The position numbers were made by a program, and so were the translations under genes. From Gemmatimonadales bacterium (GTDB taxonomy: Bacteria; Gemmatimonadota; Gemmatimonadetes; Gemmatimonadales; Gemmatimonadaceae): a stretch of DNA of 64,000 nucleotides. The notes under the pieces are model-generated. The model was given only the letters and a program-made list of their open reading frames with translations, was not told where the DNA came from and searched no databases. The stretch lies in the NCBI GenBank assembly GCA_038203205.1, contig JBBREF010000003.1, forward strand, positions 10,621 to 74,620, given 5' to 3'. This document shows positions 37,559 through 45,918 of the stretch, in pieces (within the stretch, counting starts at the first letter, position 1; each line of letters starts with the position of its first letter).

Positions 37559-39388
37559 CTAACGCCAGAGTGCGAGGGGCAACATGCCCCACGATGCCAG
37601 CACCACGCACCATTGAAGCGCGCCCGCAATTGCCAGCATGTCGGTTCGCGCTCCGCGTGACCCAAGCCCGGTTGTAATGCGATGCACTCCCGCGATGATC
37701 AGCGTCAATGGAAGTGCTCCCGTTAACAATGCGATCGTCACATTCGCAGGTGTTGGATCGCCAATGGCGAGAAACGACTGCGTGAAGTACAGAGCAGGCG
37801 CAACAATCAGGAGCGCCAGACACAATGTTGGCCACTTGAGATGTTCAGACCGCCATTGCCTCCTCTGCAGTCCCCGGATACTTCGAACTCCGCCGACGAG
37901 AAGCACGTAGAGCAGCGCGAGTATTCCAACCGCCGCGCTTGTCCAGTGGGCATAGATGTGAAGAGGATCGACGCGTTCGAGTGTGCGCAGACCATCTGCG
38001 ATTATCCGTCGATTGTCGGTAGAGCGCGCAAGAACGTGAGTGGCCTGAACACGATCTTCGGCGCGAAAGAATGCTCCACCAACGGGAGTCAGGGCGCGCC
38101 CGTTACCCTGCACCGGGAGCAACTTGAGCGTAGCGCCATCCCAGCGAACACTTGTCACGCCGCCGAGCTCGTCGAGATATGCGAACTGAGCAAATCGGCT
38201 TGGGCGCACGAGATACATACCTTCCCAGTCTCGCGGATCAACCGCAGGCGGTTGGGTCTGCTGCACCAGAGGGTAGGAAAGTCCCAGCGCCTTCACCAGC
38301 ATCCCGTCGAGTCTGTCGAAATTGGCATTCTCGGGATCGACGTTGTGAGCGATGAAGAATGCCCTTTCCTCCTCCGGATAAAGACAAATCGCTGCTCGGA
38401 ACGTTCCGACGTTGCCGAGGTGACATAGCCCGATCACTCCGTGCCGGTCGCGGCGAAGCAGTCCTGATCCGTATCCTCCAGCGAGACCAGCCCGCGCGGA
38501 TTCGGTAGCAACAGGCTTCCCCATTCCTCGAAGCAGCGCACTGTCGACGAGCACCTGTCCCTCGATTTGCCCACTGCTCATCAGGAATCGCGCGAGTCGC
38601 GCCATGTCTCCAGCAGTCGTTGTGAACTGGCTCGCGGGACGGACATTGGTTGGCACCGATGCACTCGTCGTCTTCTGATCGAAATGCCCCATTGCAAGGC
38701 TGGTGTCGCCGTGTTCGCCGGTTTGTGTTACGAACTTGAACGTGCTTCGCGTCATCCCCAGAGGTGAGAGTAACTCCCGGTCGAGCCAGGTTTCATACCG
38801 CTCCCGAGTCACGGCTTCGATGAGCATCCCGAGCATGAGGAAGCTCGTATTCGAGTACGAGAAGCGATCGCCTGGACGATGTCGTATTCTCACCGAACCT
38901 CCCGAGCGAAGGAGACCATCGCGAAGCGGCGTATCCGGGTGTGCGTCGAGGCTGAACACCTGCCACATTCGGGCGTCATCCAATCCACCGGTGTGGTCGA
39001 GCAGGTGACGCACCAGCAACGGTGACGTCGAGTCCCACGGATTCTCAAATGGAATGTCAGTGAGATATCTCGTCACTGGGGCATCGAGCGCGATGCGGCC
39101 CCGCGTCACGAGCTGCAGTATTCCGGTAGCGATGAGTGTTTTCGCGATGGAGCCAACCTGCACGCGATCACCAGGGGACATCGGGGCATTGCGCGATACG
39201 TCCTTGATCCCGCTGGCTCCGAGTAGGACGCTGTCTCGATACACAAGGGCCCACGTCGCTCCCACGAGCTTCTCCTGAGCCAGCGCCTGGGTCATGGCTG
39301 CTGAAAGCGGGTCAGCTGTCTGGGCTACAACTCTGGTCGTCGAAAATGCTGGCCACAAGGCAAAGACGGCGAAAAGTATACGAATCAT
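37559..39388 (-). CDS. Beta-lactamase-fold serine hydrolase with C-terminal TM helices
   Basis: Signal peptide; GSIAK, LLDHTGG and YSN; four hydrophobic C-terminal segments. Confidence 0.88.
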   Translation of the reverse strand: MIRILFAVFALWPAFSTTRVVAQTADPLSAAMTQALAQEKLVGATWALVYRDSVLLGASGIKDVSRNAPMSPGDRVQVGSIAKTLIATGILQLVTRGRIALDAPVTRYLTDIPFENPWDSTSPLLVRHLLDHTGGLDDARMWQVFSLDAHPDTPLRDGLLRSGGSVRIRHRPGDRFSYSNTSFLMLGMLIEAVTRERYETWLDRELLSPLGMTRSTFKFVTQTGEHGDTSLAMGHFDQKTTSASVPTNVRPASQFTTTAGDMARLARFLMSSGQIEGQVLVDSALLRGMGKPVATESARAGLAGGYGSGLLRRDRHGVIGLCHLGNVGTFRAAICLYPEEERAFFIAHNVDPENANFDRLDGMLVKALGLSYPLVQQTQPPAVDPRDWEGMYLVRPSRFAQFAYLDELGGVTSVRWDGATLKLLPVQGNGRALTPVGGAFFRAEDRVQATHVLARSTDNRRIIADGLRTLERVDPLHIYAHWTSAAVGILALLYVLLVGGVRSIRGLQRRQWRSEHLKWPTLCLALLIVAPALYFTQSFLAIGDPTPANVTIALLTGALPLTLIIAGVHRITTGLGSRGARTDMLAIAGALQWCVVLASWGMLPLALWR

Positions 39389-39396
39389 GTCTCAAC

Positions 39397-39765
39397 CTAC
39401 GTACGGGCGCCAAACGTAAGTCGATGTCCGTCGGGCGTGTGAACGCCGAACTCCCGCATGCCCCACGGCTTGCTCTGCGGTTTCGAAGATATGATTGCGC
39501 CGCGTTCCTCGAGATCCGCGTGCAACTCATCGACATCTTCCACGGTTACGTAAGCAACCCATGAGTGGTTGCCGATCTCCGAAGCGGGGCGTTCGTCGGC
39601 ACATTCTCCCAGCATGACACTGAACTCGTCCCGCGCCAGGAAGCTCCATCCGTCAGAGCCGTCCCCGAAGTCGCGGCTGCATCCGAGCATGTTCATCCAA
39701 TAGTCCGTCGACACTTTGAGATCGCGGACGGCAAGGACGAGTCTGGTACGAACCAAGCGTGACAT
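39397..39765 (-). CDS. VOC/glyoxalase/bleomycin-resistance family protein
   Basis: LAVRDL and KPWGMREFGVHTPDGHRLTFG. Confidence 0.9.
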   Translation of the reverse strand: MSRLVRTRLVLAVRDLKVSTDYWMNMLGCSRDFGDGSDGWSFLARDEFSVMLGECADERPASEIGNHSWVAYVTVEDVDELHADLEERGAIISSKPQSKPWGMREFGVHTPDGHRLTFGART

Positions 39766-39771
39766 AGAGGC

Positions 39772-40383
39772 CTACCTCAACAGGAAAGCTGTGGCTAAAG
39801 ACCCGATCACTGCGCCCGCCGCAACTCCGACACCGACCAGCGTGGCATAAACGCGAGCCCGCGCTCGCGACGCAGCGGTCTTTTGAGGAGCCTGCCATAT
39901 CTCGGCAATCGGGAAAACCTTTGTAGATCCCGACCCATCATTGACCTTCACCGTCTGCTGGGCTTTGTCGTACGACATGACCGTACACGTCCACGGGCCC
40001 CACCACGGCCAGTCGCAGACAACGCGCTCACCCGGGATGAGCAGACACGGTCTCACCGCGTCGAGATCCGTACGATGCTCGCTGCCGTGAAGAAATCTGA
40101 CATGCGCACCACTCTCCGACGCCTGTATCACCTCGGCCACGTACGACTTGCCATCTGTCGATCGAACCCAGGCGAGGCTACCTGCAACTGGAGGTGTGAG
40201 GGGAAGAAGGTGAGGTCGTTCCGCGAGCGCACGTTCCACAGCGCTGCGCGAGAGGCCGGCCTCCTCTGCAGCCCCGAGTACCGCAGCGACCTCGTGGCTC
40301 CACTCTTTGCCGGAGCGAGAGGTCTGCTCGATTTCGGCCGCACGTGCGAGCACATCGCGCAGCTCTTCGTCGGTAAGGCGCAT
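39772..40383 (-). CDS. Hypothetical protein: helical N-domain, two Tudor/SH3-like repeats, C-terminal TM anchor
   Basis: Two G-x-x-V/A...W...Y/W-x-A/C-x-V...V-x-F/V-x-x-G beta-barrel-like repeats; hydrophobic C-terminus. Confidence 0.75.
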   Translation of the reverse strand: MRLTDEELRDVLARAAEIEQTSRSGKEWSHEVAAVLGAAEEAGLSRSAVERALAERPHLLPLTPPVAGSLAWVRSTDGKSYVAEVIQASESGAHVRFLHGSEHRTDLDAVRPCLLIPGERVVCDWPWWGPWTCTVMSYDKAQQTVKVNDGSGSTKVFPIAEIWQAPQKTAASRARARVYATLVGVGVAAGAVIGSLATAFLLR

Positions 40384-40420
40384 ACCGAAGTCTATGGCCT
40401 AGTTACGCCGCAGGCGAATC

Positions 40421-42172
40421 TCAGCGTCGAAGCAGTGCCTGGCCACGAATATCCTCCGGCTTCTTGAGTCCCTTCAGCTCGAGTATGGTCGGCATTATGT
40501 CGAAGTACGTGACGTCGAGCGCCCGCGGTTGCGGCACGATGTCAGGACCTGTCGCCACAAATATTCCCGGTGATGCATGCCATCCCTTGAACGGAACACC
40601 ATCCTCGCGAGCGGCCTGCCCGTGATCCGAAACCACAATCACGTTCGGGGACTCTGAAAAACTCGCGATCATCTTCCCAATACCCTTGTCCACGAATTCC
40701 ATGTACCGATCTATCACAGGCCCAAGCGTCACCACATCCTCCTTTGCGGGCTTGTTCTCGAACTGCTCCGGAAAACGATACGGCCAGAATATGTGCTCGA
40801 TCGTATCAAGCCCCCCGATGTGAACGAATAGAACTTCTATCGACGGTTCAACTTCCATCAACCGCAACGCGGCGGTCGTTGTTGCGTCATCGAACCGAAA
40901 CGCCCCGCGCAGCGCACGAACAGGATTGATCTTTGCGTCCTTTGGCTTTGGCCAGGTCCGGTCGGGAAGAATTCTCGTCAGCTCAGTGGAATCCCATTTC
41001 CATCCCGATAAGAACGGCGCGAGGAGCTCGTCGAGTCTCGAAACCGGATCTACCATCTCGCGGACGTCAGGCGCACGTACGCCGAGCTGCCGCCACATGT
41101 CAGACATCGCGAAATTCGATATGACGAACGCGGCCTGCCCCGCAGCCGGATGCGTGAAGTTGAAGCGTATGACGGCTGTCCTGATTCCCGAATGGCTCAG
41201 GAGTTCCCATATCGGTGGCTTCCTGAGCGATTCACGCCCGGGGACTTCGGCCCGGATCATGTTCGCCGATGCAAGCCGGTATTCGATTGCGGTGATGGGA
41301 AGGTGCCACGACTCGAGATCCATCGGCGACTGGATTGCGGGAAATCCGGGTATCCTCAGGTGCACATCGCTCGAGACACCAACATCGCCCCTGTCATGTC
41401 CTGTGACGATTGCTGCCCAGGCCGCGATGGACCAGTGGGGCGGCCACGGCGCTTCGACATCGCCGTGTACGCCGCGACGGATCAGGGAATCGAGAGTCGG
41501 AAGCCGTCCTTGCTTAACGAGAGGAGAGATTACGTTCCACGTTCCGCCGTCGATCCCAATCACGAGAAGTTTTCGTTTCTCCCTCGGGTTTTCAGCAACC
41601 CGCTGAAGCGCATATGCCTTTGCAGCCTGTGAACGAGGCGGAGGAAACCGGAGGAACAGCATAACCGTGGCTGCGAGTATGACACCACCGGCTAACAGAG
41701 CCGTTACTCGTTCCCTGGCTCCTTCGGCGCGGTGCGAAGTCAGTCGTACATACAATAGACTGAGGAGTGCCGCGGCAGAGGTGGCAGCAATCGCCAGGAT
41801 GGCGGTGCGCTGATACCAACCTGCACCACCAGTCGTGCGGAATTCCCAGAAATAGATAGTCGCGCCAAACGCGAGATATCCGGCAGGAAGCATTACGGCG
41901 GTAGCGATCGACGACGGCGGCATGAACTTGCTCCAGGCCGCGGGGCCGAGCCGTCGCATGATCCACTGAAGAACGAAGAGCCATGCCGCGATACCGCTGC
42001 CAAGCAGCGCAAAGATTATTGCGAGGACCACGATCATCGTCGCCGCTTCGGCCCGCGTTCCAGCCATGTTGTGACTGCTGATTATTCCGGGCGCCAGAAA
42101 AACGAGGCCCCACACCAGGCCCCACATCGTTCCGAATGCTACTGTTGGCGCCGGCTTCCACGGGATCGTCAC
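40421..42172 (-). CDS. Membrane-anchored alkaline phosphatase superfamily protein (type I phosphodiesterase/NPP-like)
   Basis: About 5 TMs, then VIGIDGGTW, S..AW..IVTG, LDTIEH.FW, VVSDHG and H...GIF. Confidence 0.85.
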   Translation of the reverse strand: MTIPWKPAPTVAFGTMWGLVWGLVFLAPGIISSHNMAGTRAEAATMIVVLAIIFALLGSGIAAWLFVLQWIMRRLGPAAWSKFMPPSSIATAVMLPAGYLAFGATIYFWEFRTTGGAGWYQRTAILAIAATSAAALLSLLYVRLTSHRAEGARERVTALLAGGVILAATVMLFLRFPPPRSQAAKAYALQRVAENPREKRKLLVIGIDGGTWNVISPLVKQGRLPTLDSLIRRGVHGDVEAPWPPHWSIAAWAAIVTGHDRGDVGVSSDVHLRIPGFPAIQSPMDLESWHLPITAIEYRLASANMIRAEVPGRESLRKPPIWELLSHSGIRTAVIRFNFTHPAAGQAAFVISNFAMSDMWRQLGVRAPDVREMVDPVSRLDELLAPFLSGWKWDSTELTRILPDRTWPKPKDAKINPVRALRGAFRFDDATTTAALRLMEVEPSIEVLFVHIGGLDTIEHIFWPYRFPEQFENKPAKEDVVTLGPVIDRYMEFVDKGIGKMIASFSESPNVIVVSDHGQAAREDGVPFKGWHASPGIFVATGPDIVPQPRALDVTYFDIMPTILELKGLKKPEDIRGQALLRR

Positions 42173-42350
42173 CCAGTGAATTCAGGAAGAATCATCAGCC
42201 GAAGATACTCCACCGGGCTGTTCAGGTTTGTCGTCGTGCGAGGGAATTGTCGACGTGGAGATCTTGCTCTGTTGCCGATGGCGCCTCGAACGCATCACTC
42301 GCAAATCGTGCCCGCGAGTGATGCCATTCGATGGAGTGGTTTGCCTCGCT

Positions 42351-43013
42351 CTAGCCGGCGAAGCAATAGGCGCAGCCGAGCTCCTGGGCTCTTGCGACGC
42401 CGAGCACGCCCGAAGGCAGAACCTTTACACCCGGCAGAAGTCCGGCGACCCATTCCTGCTTCACCGCTGCTGGATCCAGGTTCATCTGCTTTGCGGCTCC
42501 GCTGCTGTAAACCGTCAACGCAACGTCGCACGCACCAACGAGTACGCCCGAGCCGATGAGCTCGGAGATACCGAGACCCGGTATCGGGAGTCCCGTGATT
42601 TTCGCGTAAGGATTTCTCTTTGCCGGAGCATCGCCGTCCTTGACGCTGAACATCTCCCCGATCGGGTACTTGGCCCACACCGAATCGCCCATCGCGAGCG
42701 CAAGGCCGCCGTGGCGCAGAATGACTACCGCGGTGGCCTCTCCCGGATAACTGGCCGCCATCGTGTTCAGATACACCCGCGGCCAGATAGCGGTCATGCC
42801 GCTGTTCGGTTCCGGGGCGTCGAAGACCATCTTGTGCTTGCCCTTGATCTTTCCGAACCAGGCGTCGAGCTCGCGATCAGCCGACGGGTCCGCTATGGTG
42901 TCCGCAGCGAGCGCCGAAGGCAGCGCGGTTCCCAAGCCTGCCGCAGCGATACCTGCTGCGATGCGTCCGAGAAAACCTCGGCGCGGGGTCGAGGATGTGA
43001 TCAAATCTGACAT
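42351..43013 (-). CDS. Tat-exported DsrE-like protein
   Basis: PRRGFLG Tat motif; HKMVFD, VVILRH, GACDVAL and VLPSGV..V.RAQELG..Y. Confidence 0.8.
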   Translation of the reverse strand: MSDLITSSTPRRGFLGRIAAGIAAAGLGTALPSALAADTIADPSADRELDAWFGKIKGKHKMVFDAPEPNSGMTAIWPRVYLNTMAASYPGEATAVVILRHGGLALAMGDSVWAKYPIGEMFSVKDGDAPAKRNPYAKITGLPIPGLGISELIGSGVLVGACDVALTVYSSGAAKQMNLDPAAVKQEWVAGLLPGVKVLPSGVLGVARAQELGCAYCFAG

Positions 43014-43084
43014 CGTCAGACCTCCCAGCCATTTGGCCGTGAATTGTGAATATCTGTAAAGTATGGCGTCAGGGGAGGGTATTG

Positions 43085-43903
43085 TCACCCCGATTTGGCG
43101 GATGCGAGGATGCTGCAGCAGGTCACCGCTCCTTCCGCCTTCTGCAGCTCGGTGGTTTCGACCGTGCGAACTGCGACACCCGCAGTTTCCAGGCGTCGCT
43201 GAGTTTCATCGAAGCCTGCTGCGTAGAGGATGCTTTCCCCGATCAGCACCGCGTTCGCACCAAATGGCTCGCGAGGGTGAACCTCGATGATCTCCAGCCC
43301 TTCGAACGATCCGACATCCACCCAGCCGGGATTCAGGAGAACCATCTTTTCGCCCACACGTGTGACAGCGCTCTTGAGGTGAAGGCAGCCGGAGATGCTG
43401 ACCGAGCGGACAGTGTATCCGAGCGTGGCCGTGAGACGCGCAAGTTGTCGAACGCCCTCTTCGTTAGTCCGCGTCGAGTCACCGACGTAGATGGTATGCC
43501 CGATGACGAGCACGTCCCCACCGTCGACAGTTCCGGGAGACTCGATGAAAGCGAGCGACCGATAGGCACCCAATGCCTCGGCAACTGATATCACCTCGGG
43601 GCGGCGCGATGCGGCGCCCGGTCGGGTCATGATCGCGAGCTCCGGCAGAACGATGGCTGTGTCTTCAACGAATACCGAATCAGGAAGATCAGGCAGCGGT
43701 GGAAGTCGATGAAGTGTGCACCCGAGCGCGACAAGTGCCTCCTCGTATCTACCGTGCTGCTCGATAGCCGCCGAAAGGTCGATCGGCTCTCGCTCGAGGT
43801 GCGTGAGCTCGCAGTTGACTATGGCTGGCGATACTTCGCGTGTCAGGGCGATATCGATCAATCGTTCTGCCTCGGGCTTGAAGTTTTCTCCTGATTGATT
43901 CAT
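43085..43903 (-). CDS. Dimethylarginine dimethylaminohydrolase (amidinotransferase fold)
   Basis: PDSVFVEDTA, DGGDV, RTN, LHLKS and GAVTCCS (catalytic Cys). Confidence 0.93.
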   Translation of the reverse strand: MNQSGENFKPEAERLIDIALTREVSPAIVNCELTHLEREPIDLSAAIEQHGRYEEALVALGCTLHRLPPLPDLPDSVFVEDTAIVLPELAIMTRPGAASRRPEVISVAEALGAYRSLAFIESPGTVDGGDVLVIGHTIYVGDSTRTNEEGVRQLARLTATLGYTVRSVSISGCLHLKSAVTRVGEKMVLLNPGWVDVGSFEGLEIIEVHPREPFGANAVLIGESILYAAGFDETQRRLETAGVAVRTVETTELQKAEGAVTCCSILASAKSG

Positions 43904-43925
43904 GCTCGTCGAATGGTGAGATCGC

Positions 43926-44507
43926 TTGTCGGATATTAGTCATCTGATCCTCGCCCTGCCGATGGAATCGCAGGGGCTCTTTGAGGCCGCCAACATTCCC
44001 GTGTCTTACTGCGGCATCGGGAAAGTCAACGCAGCCTCGAAAGCTGCTGAGCTGATTCACAAACACGGCGCGACATTCATCCTCAATCTTGGTACCGCAG
44101 GCAGTGATCGGTTCCCGACTCATACTCTCGTGGAATGCTCGGCAGTCGTCCAGAGAGATATGGATATCACACCGCTGGGATTCCCACTCGGCGAAACACC
44201 GATGGATCCGATCAGCGGGAGAATTGATCTCGAAGAACTATTTCCGGATCTGCCGAAAGGCGTTTGCGGCACCGGTGATGTCTTCGAGACAGGTACCCCG
44301 AAAGTTCCGTGCGACCTCGTCGACATGGAAGCTTACGCTATCGCAAAAGTCTGCAAACAGAATGGAGTCGGCTTTTCAGCCGTGAAGTACATCACTGACG
44401 GCAGCGATCATAACGCCCACAACGACTGGCAGGATAATCTGGTTCACGGCGCGAAGGCCCTGCTCGACGTGTATGCTCGCCTCCAGCCACGAGTCACACG
44501 CGAGTGA
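43926..44507 (+). CDS. 5'-methylthioadenosine/SAH nucleosidase-like (PNP_UDP family)
   Basis: GIGKVNAA, NLGTAGS, VDMEAYA and KYITD. Confidence 0.88.
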   Translation: MSDISHLILALPMESQGLFEAANIPVSYCGIGKVNAASKAAELIHKHGATFILNLGTAGSDRFPTHTLVECSAVVQRDMDITPLGFPLGETPMDPISGRIDLEELFPDLPKGVCGTGDVFETGTPKVPCDLVDMEAYAIAKVCKQNGVGFSAVKYITDGSDHNAHNDWQDNLVHGAKALLDVYARLQPRVTRE

Positions 44508-44571
44508 GTCCGCGTATCGCCTGGGGCCCTCGTGGTGTCAGAACTGTTTGCTTTTCGCTATCGCCATACGA

Positions 44572-45042
44572 CTAGCTCAGTAACATCGGATTCAGCTGCC
44601 ACACCGCGTAATTCAGTGCAGAGGCAAAGCTGACCCACATGAGGTAGGGGACGAGCAACGCACCCGCCAGCGGCCTGATACGCCAGAATGCGATCACGGT
44701 TGCCACGATCAACACCAATAACAACAGGATATCAGCGAAGGCCAGACCGCCGCGCTGCCAGCCGAAGAACAACCAGCTCCATAACGCATTGAGGGCGAGT
44801 TGCACGACGAACAAAGTGAGCGCTGACTTGGCGGCTCCAATACCGTCGACGCGCCAGACCAGCCACGCAGCGATGCCCATCAGTGCATAGAGAACCGACC
44901 AGACTGGCCCGAATAGCGAAGGTGGCGGTGCCCAGTCCGGACGAACCAGCTCTGTATAGAACGGACCGGCCTGGACCGATGCCGCGCCGCCAATCGCCGC
45001 AGCGATGAAGCAGACGATGAGCCAGCCGGCAAGTCCCACCAA
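44572..45042 (-). CDS. tspO: TspO/MBR tryptophan-rich sensory protein
   Basis: WAPPPSLFGPVW, LNALWSWLFF and LVPYLMWVSFASALN motifs; start uncertain. Confidence 0.92.
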   Translation of the reverse strand: MVGLAGWLIVCFIAAAIGGAASVQAGPFYTELVRPDWAPPPSLFGPVWSVLYALMGIAAWLVWRVDGIGAAKSALTLFVVQLALNALWSWLFFGWQRGGLAFADILLLLVLIVATVIAFWRIRPLAGALLVPYLMWVSFASALNYAVWQLNPMLLS

Positions 45043-45088
45043 CTGTTTCTGCTTCGTGATAGGCGTTACCTGGGAATCCGCGCGTGAG

Positions 45089-45114
45089 CAATAGTATCAT
45101 ACTGATACTTATTG
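45089..45114. repeat. Third copy of the AT-rich palindrome (AATAGTA-N9-TACTTAT), upstream of tspO
   Basis: CAATAGTATCATACTGATACTTATTG. Confidence 0.55.
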
Positions 45115-45129
45115 TTCAGCGGCTCGATG

Positions 45130-45582
45130 TCAGCGCACACTGAAGCTCCGTGTCGCCGCGTCATCCCCCGAAACCGTTGCGCCACCCTTATCGCGCAGTC
45201 CTGTAAACACCACGCGATAGGTGCCTGCAGGCACCCCGGTCGGGATGTCGAAAAACGTATTCACCTCATCTCCACGCCTGAGAGTCCGCACTTCGGTCGT
45301 ACATGCACTGCCAGCCGTTGGCCACTCGAACGCCGTGATCCAGTCCCTGTCGACCTGCCTCTCGAGCCTGCGCTGGCAGAGATTGTACTGGAGTGATTCG
45401 TCGGATGCATTTCTTATCGTTGCTTCGCCGACGTTCCCACGGTTATAGGCATCTCTGTTCGTGGCAATGTCATAAGCACGAGATGACCCGCCGCCGCCGA
45501 GTGATATCGCGCCGCATCCGGTAAGCGTGGTGACCGCGATCACCGACACTGCGGTGATTGCAATTCGCAGGGCTGGTCGCAT
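45130..45582 (-). CDS. Lipoprotein with Ig-like domain
   Basis: Lipobox LTGC; TIRN, YNLC...C, GTYRVV. Confidence 0.8.
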   Translation of the reverse strand: MRPALRIAITAVSVIAVTTLTGCGAISLGGGGSSRAYDIATNRDAYNRGNVGEATIRNASDESLQYNLCQRRLERQVDRDWITAFEWPTAGSACTTEVRTLRRGDEVNTFFDIPTGVPAGTYRVVFTGLRDKGGATVSGDDAATRSFSVR

Positions 45583-45856
45583 TGTTTTCTCCATTGAGTT
45601 TGTTGGCACCGTCCAGGGGTCGGTCCGTCAGCAGCCTGCGCTCGCCCCGCGTAACAGGACACGCACGTTGTAGGCCCGCCATCAGAGATCCGCATGCTCT
45701 CATGCAGTACGCCAGCGGCGGTGGCGGCATCGCGGGCAGGCGGTTGATGAGCCCGATCACCACTGTAATGGGGCCGAACAGCGTATGATCGTTGGACTCC
45801 GGAATGTGTCCGTCGCTGAACCACACTGAGCGCCAATGGACATTATTACGTACCCC

Positions 45857-45875
45857 GAGGCTTGCGGCAAGGCCC
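45857..45875 (+). promoter_or_regulatory. Rifamycin-associated element (RAE)-like 19-bp inverted repeat
   Basis: GAGGCTTGCGGCAAGGCCC versus RAE GGGGCTTGCGGCAAGGCCC (18/19, consensus recalled from the literature); 43 nt upstream of the monooxygenase ATG. Confidence 0.8.
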
Positions 45876-45918
45876 CGGTGCGAGTTCAAACTTCGCGTTC
45901 ATTTCCCGAGGAGTTGTG

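Noticed and set aside
42182-42295. 37-aa minus-strand ORF (MRSRRHRQQSK...)
   Set aside because: No RBS or recognisable features; likely chance.
45583-45850. Short ORFs in the spacer upstream of the RAE
   Set aside because: No frame gave a recognisable protein; left unexplained (possible remnant or insertion junction).
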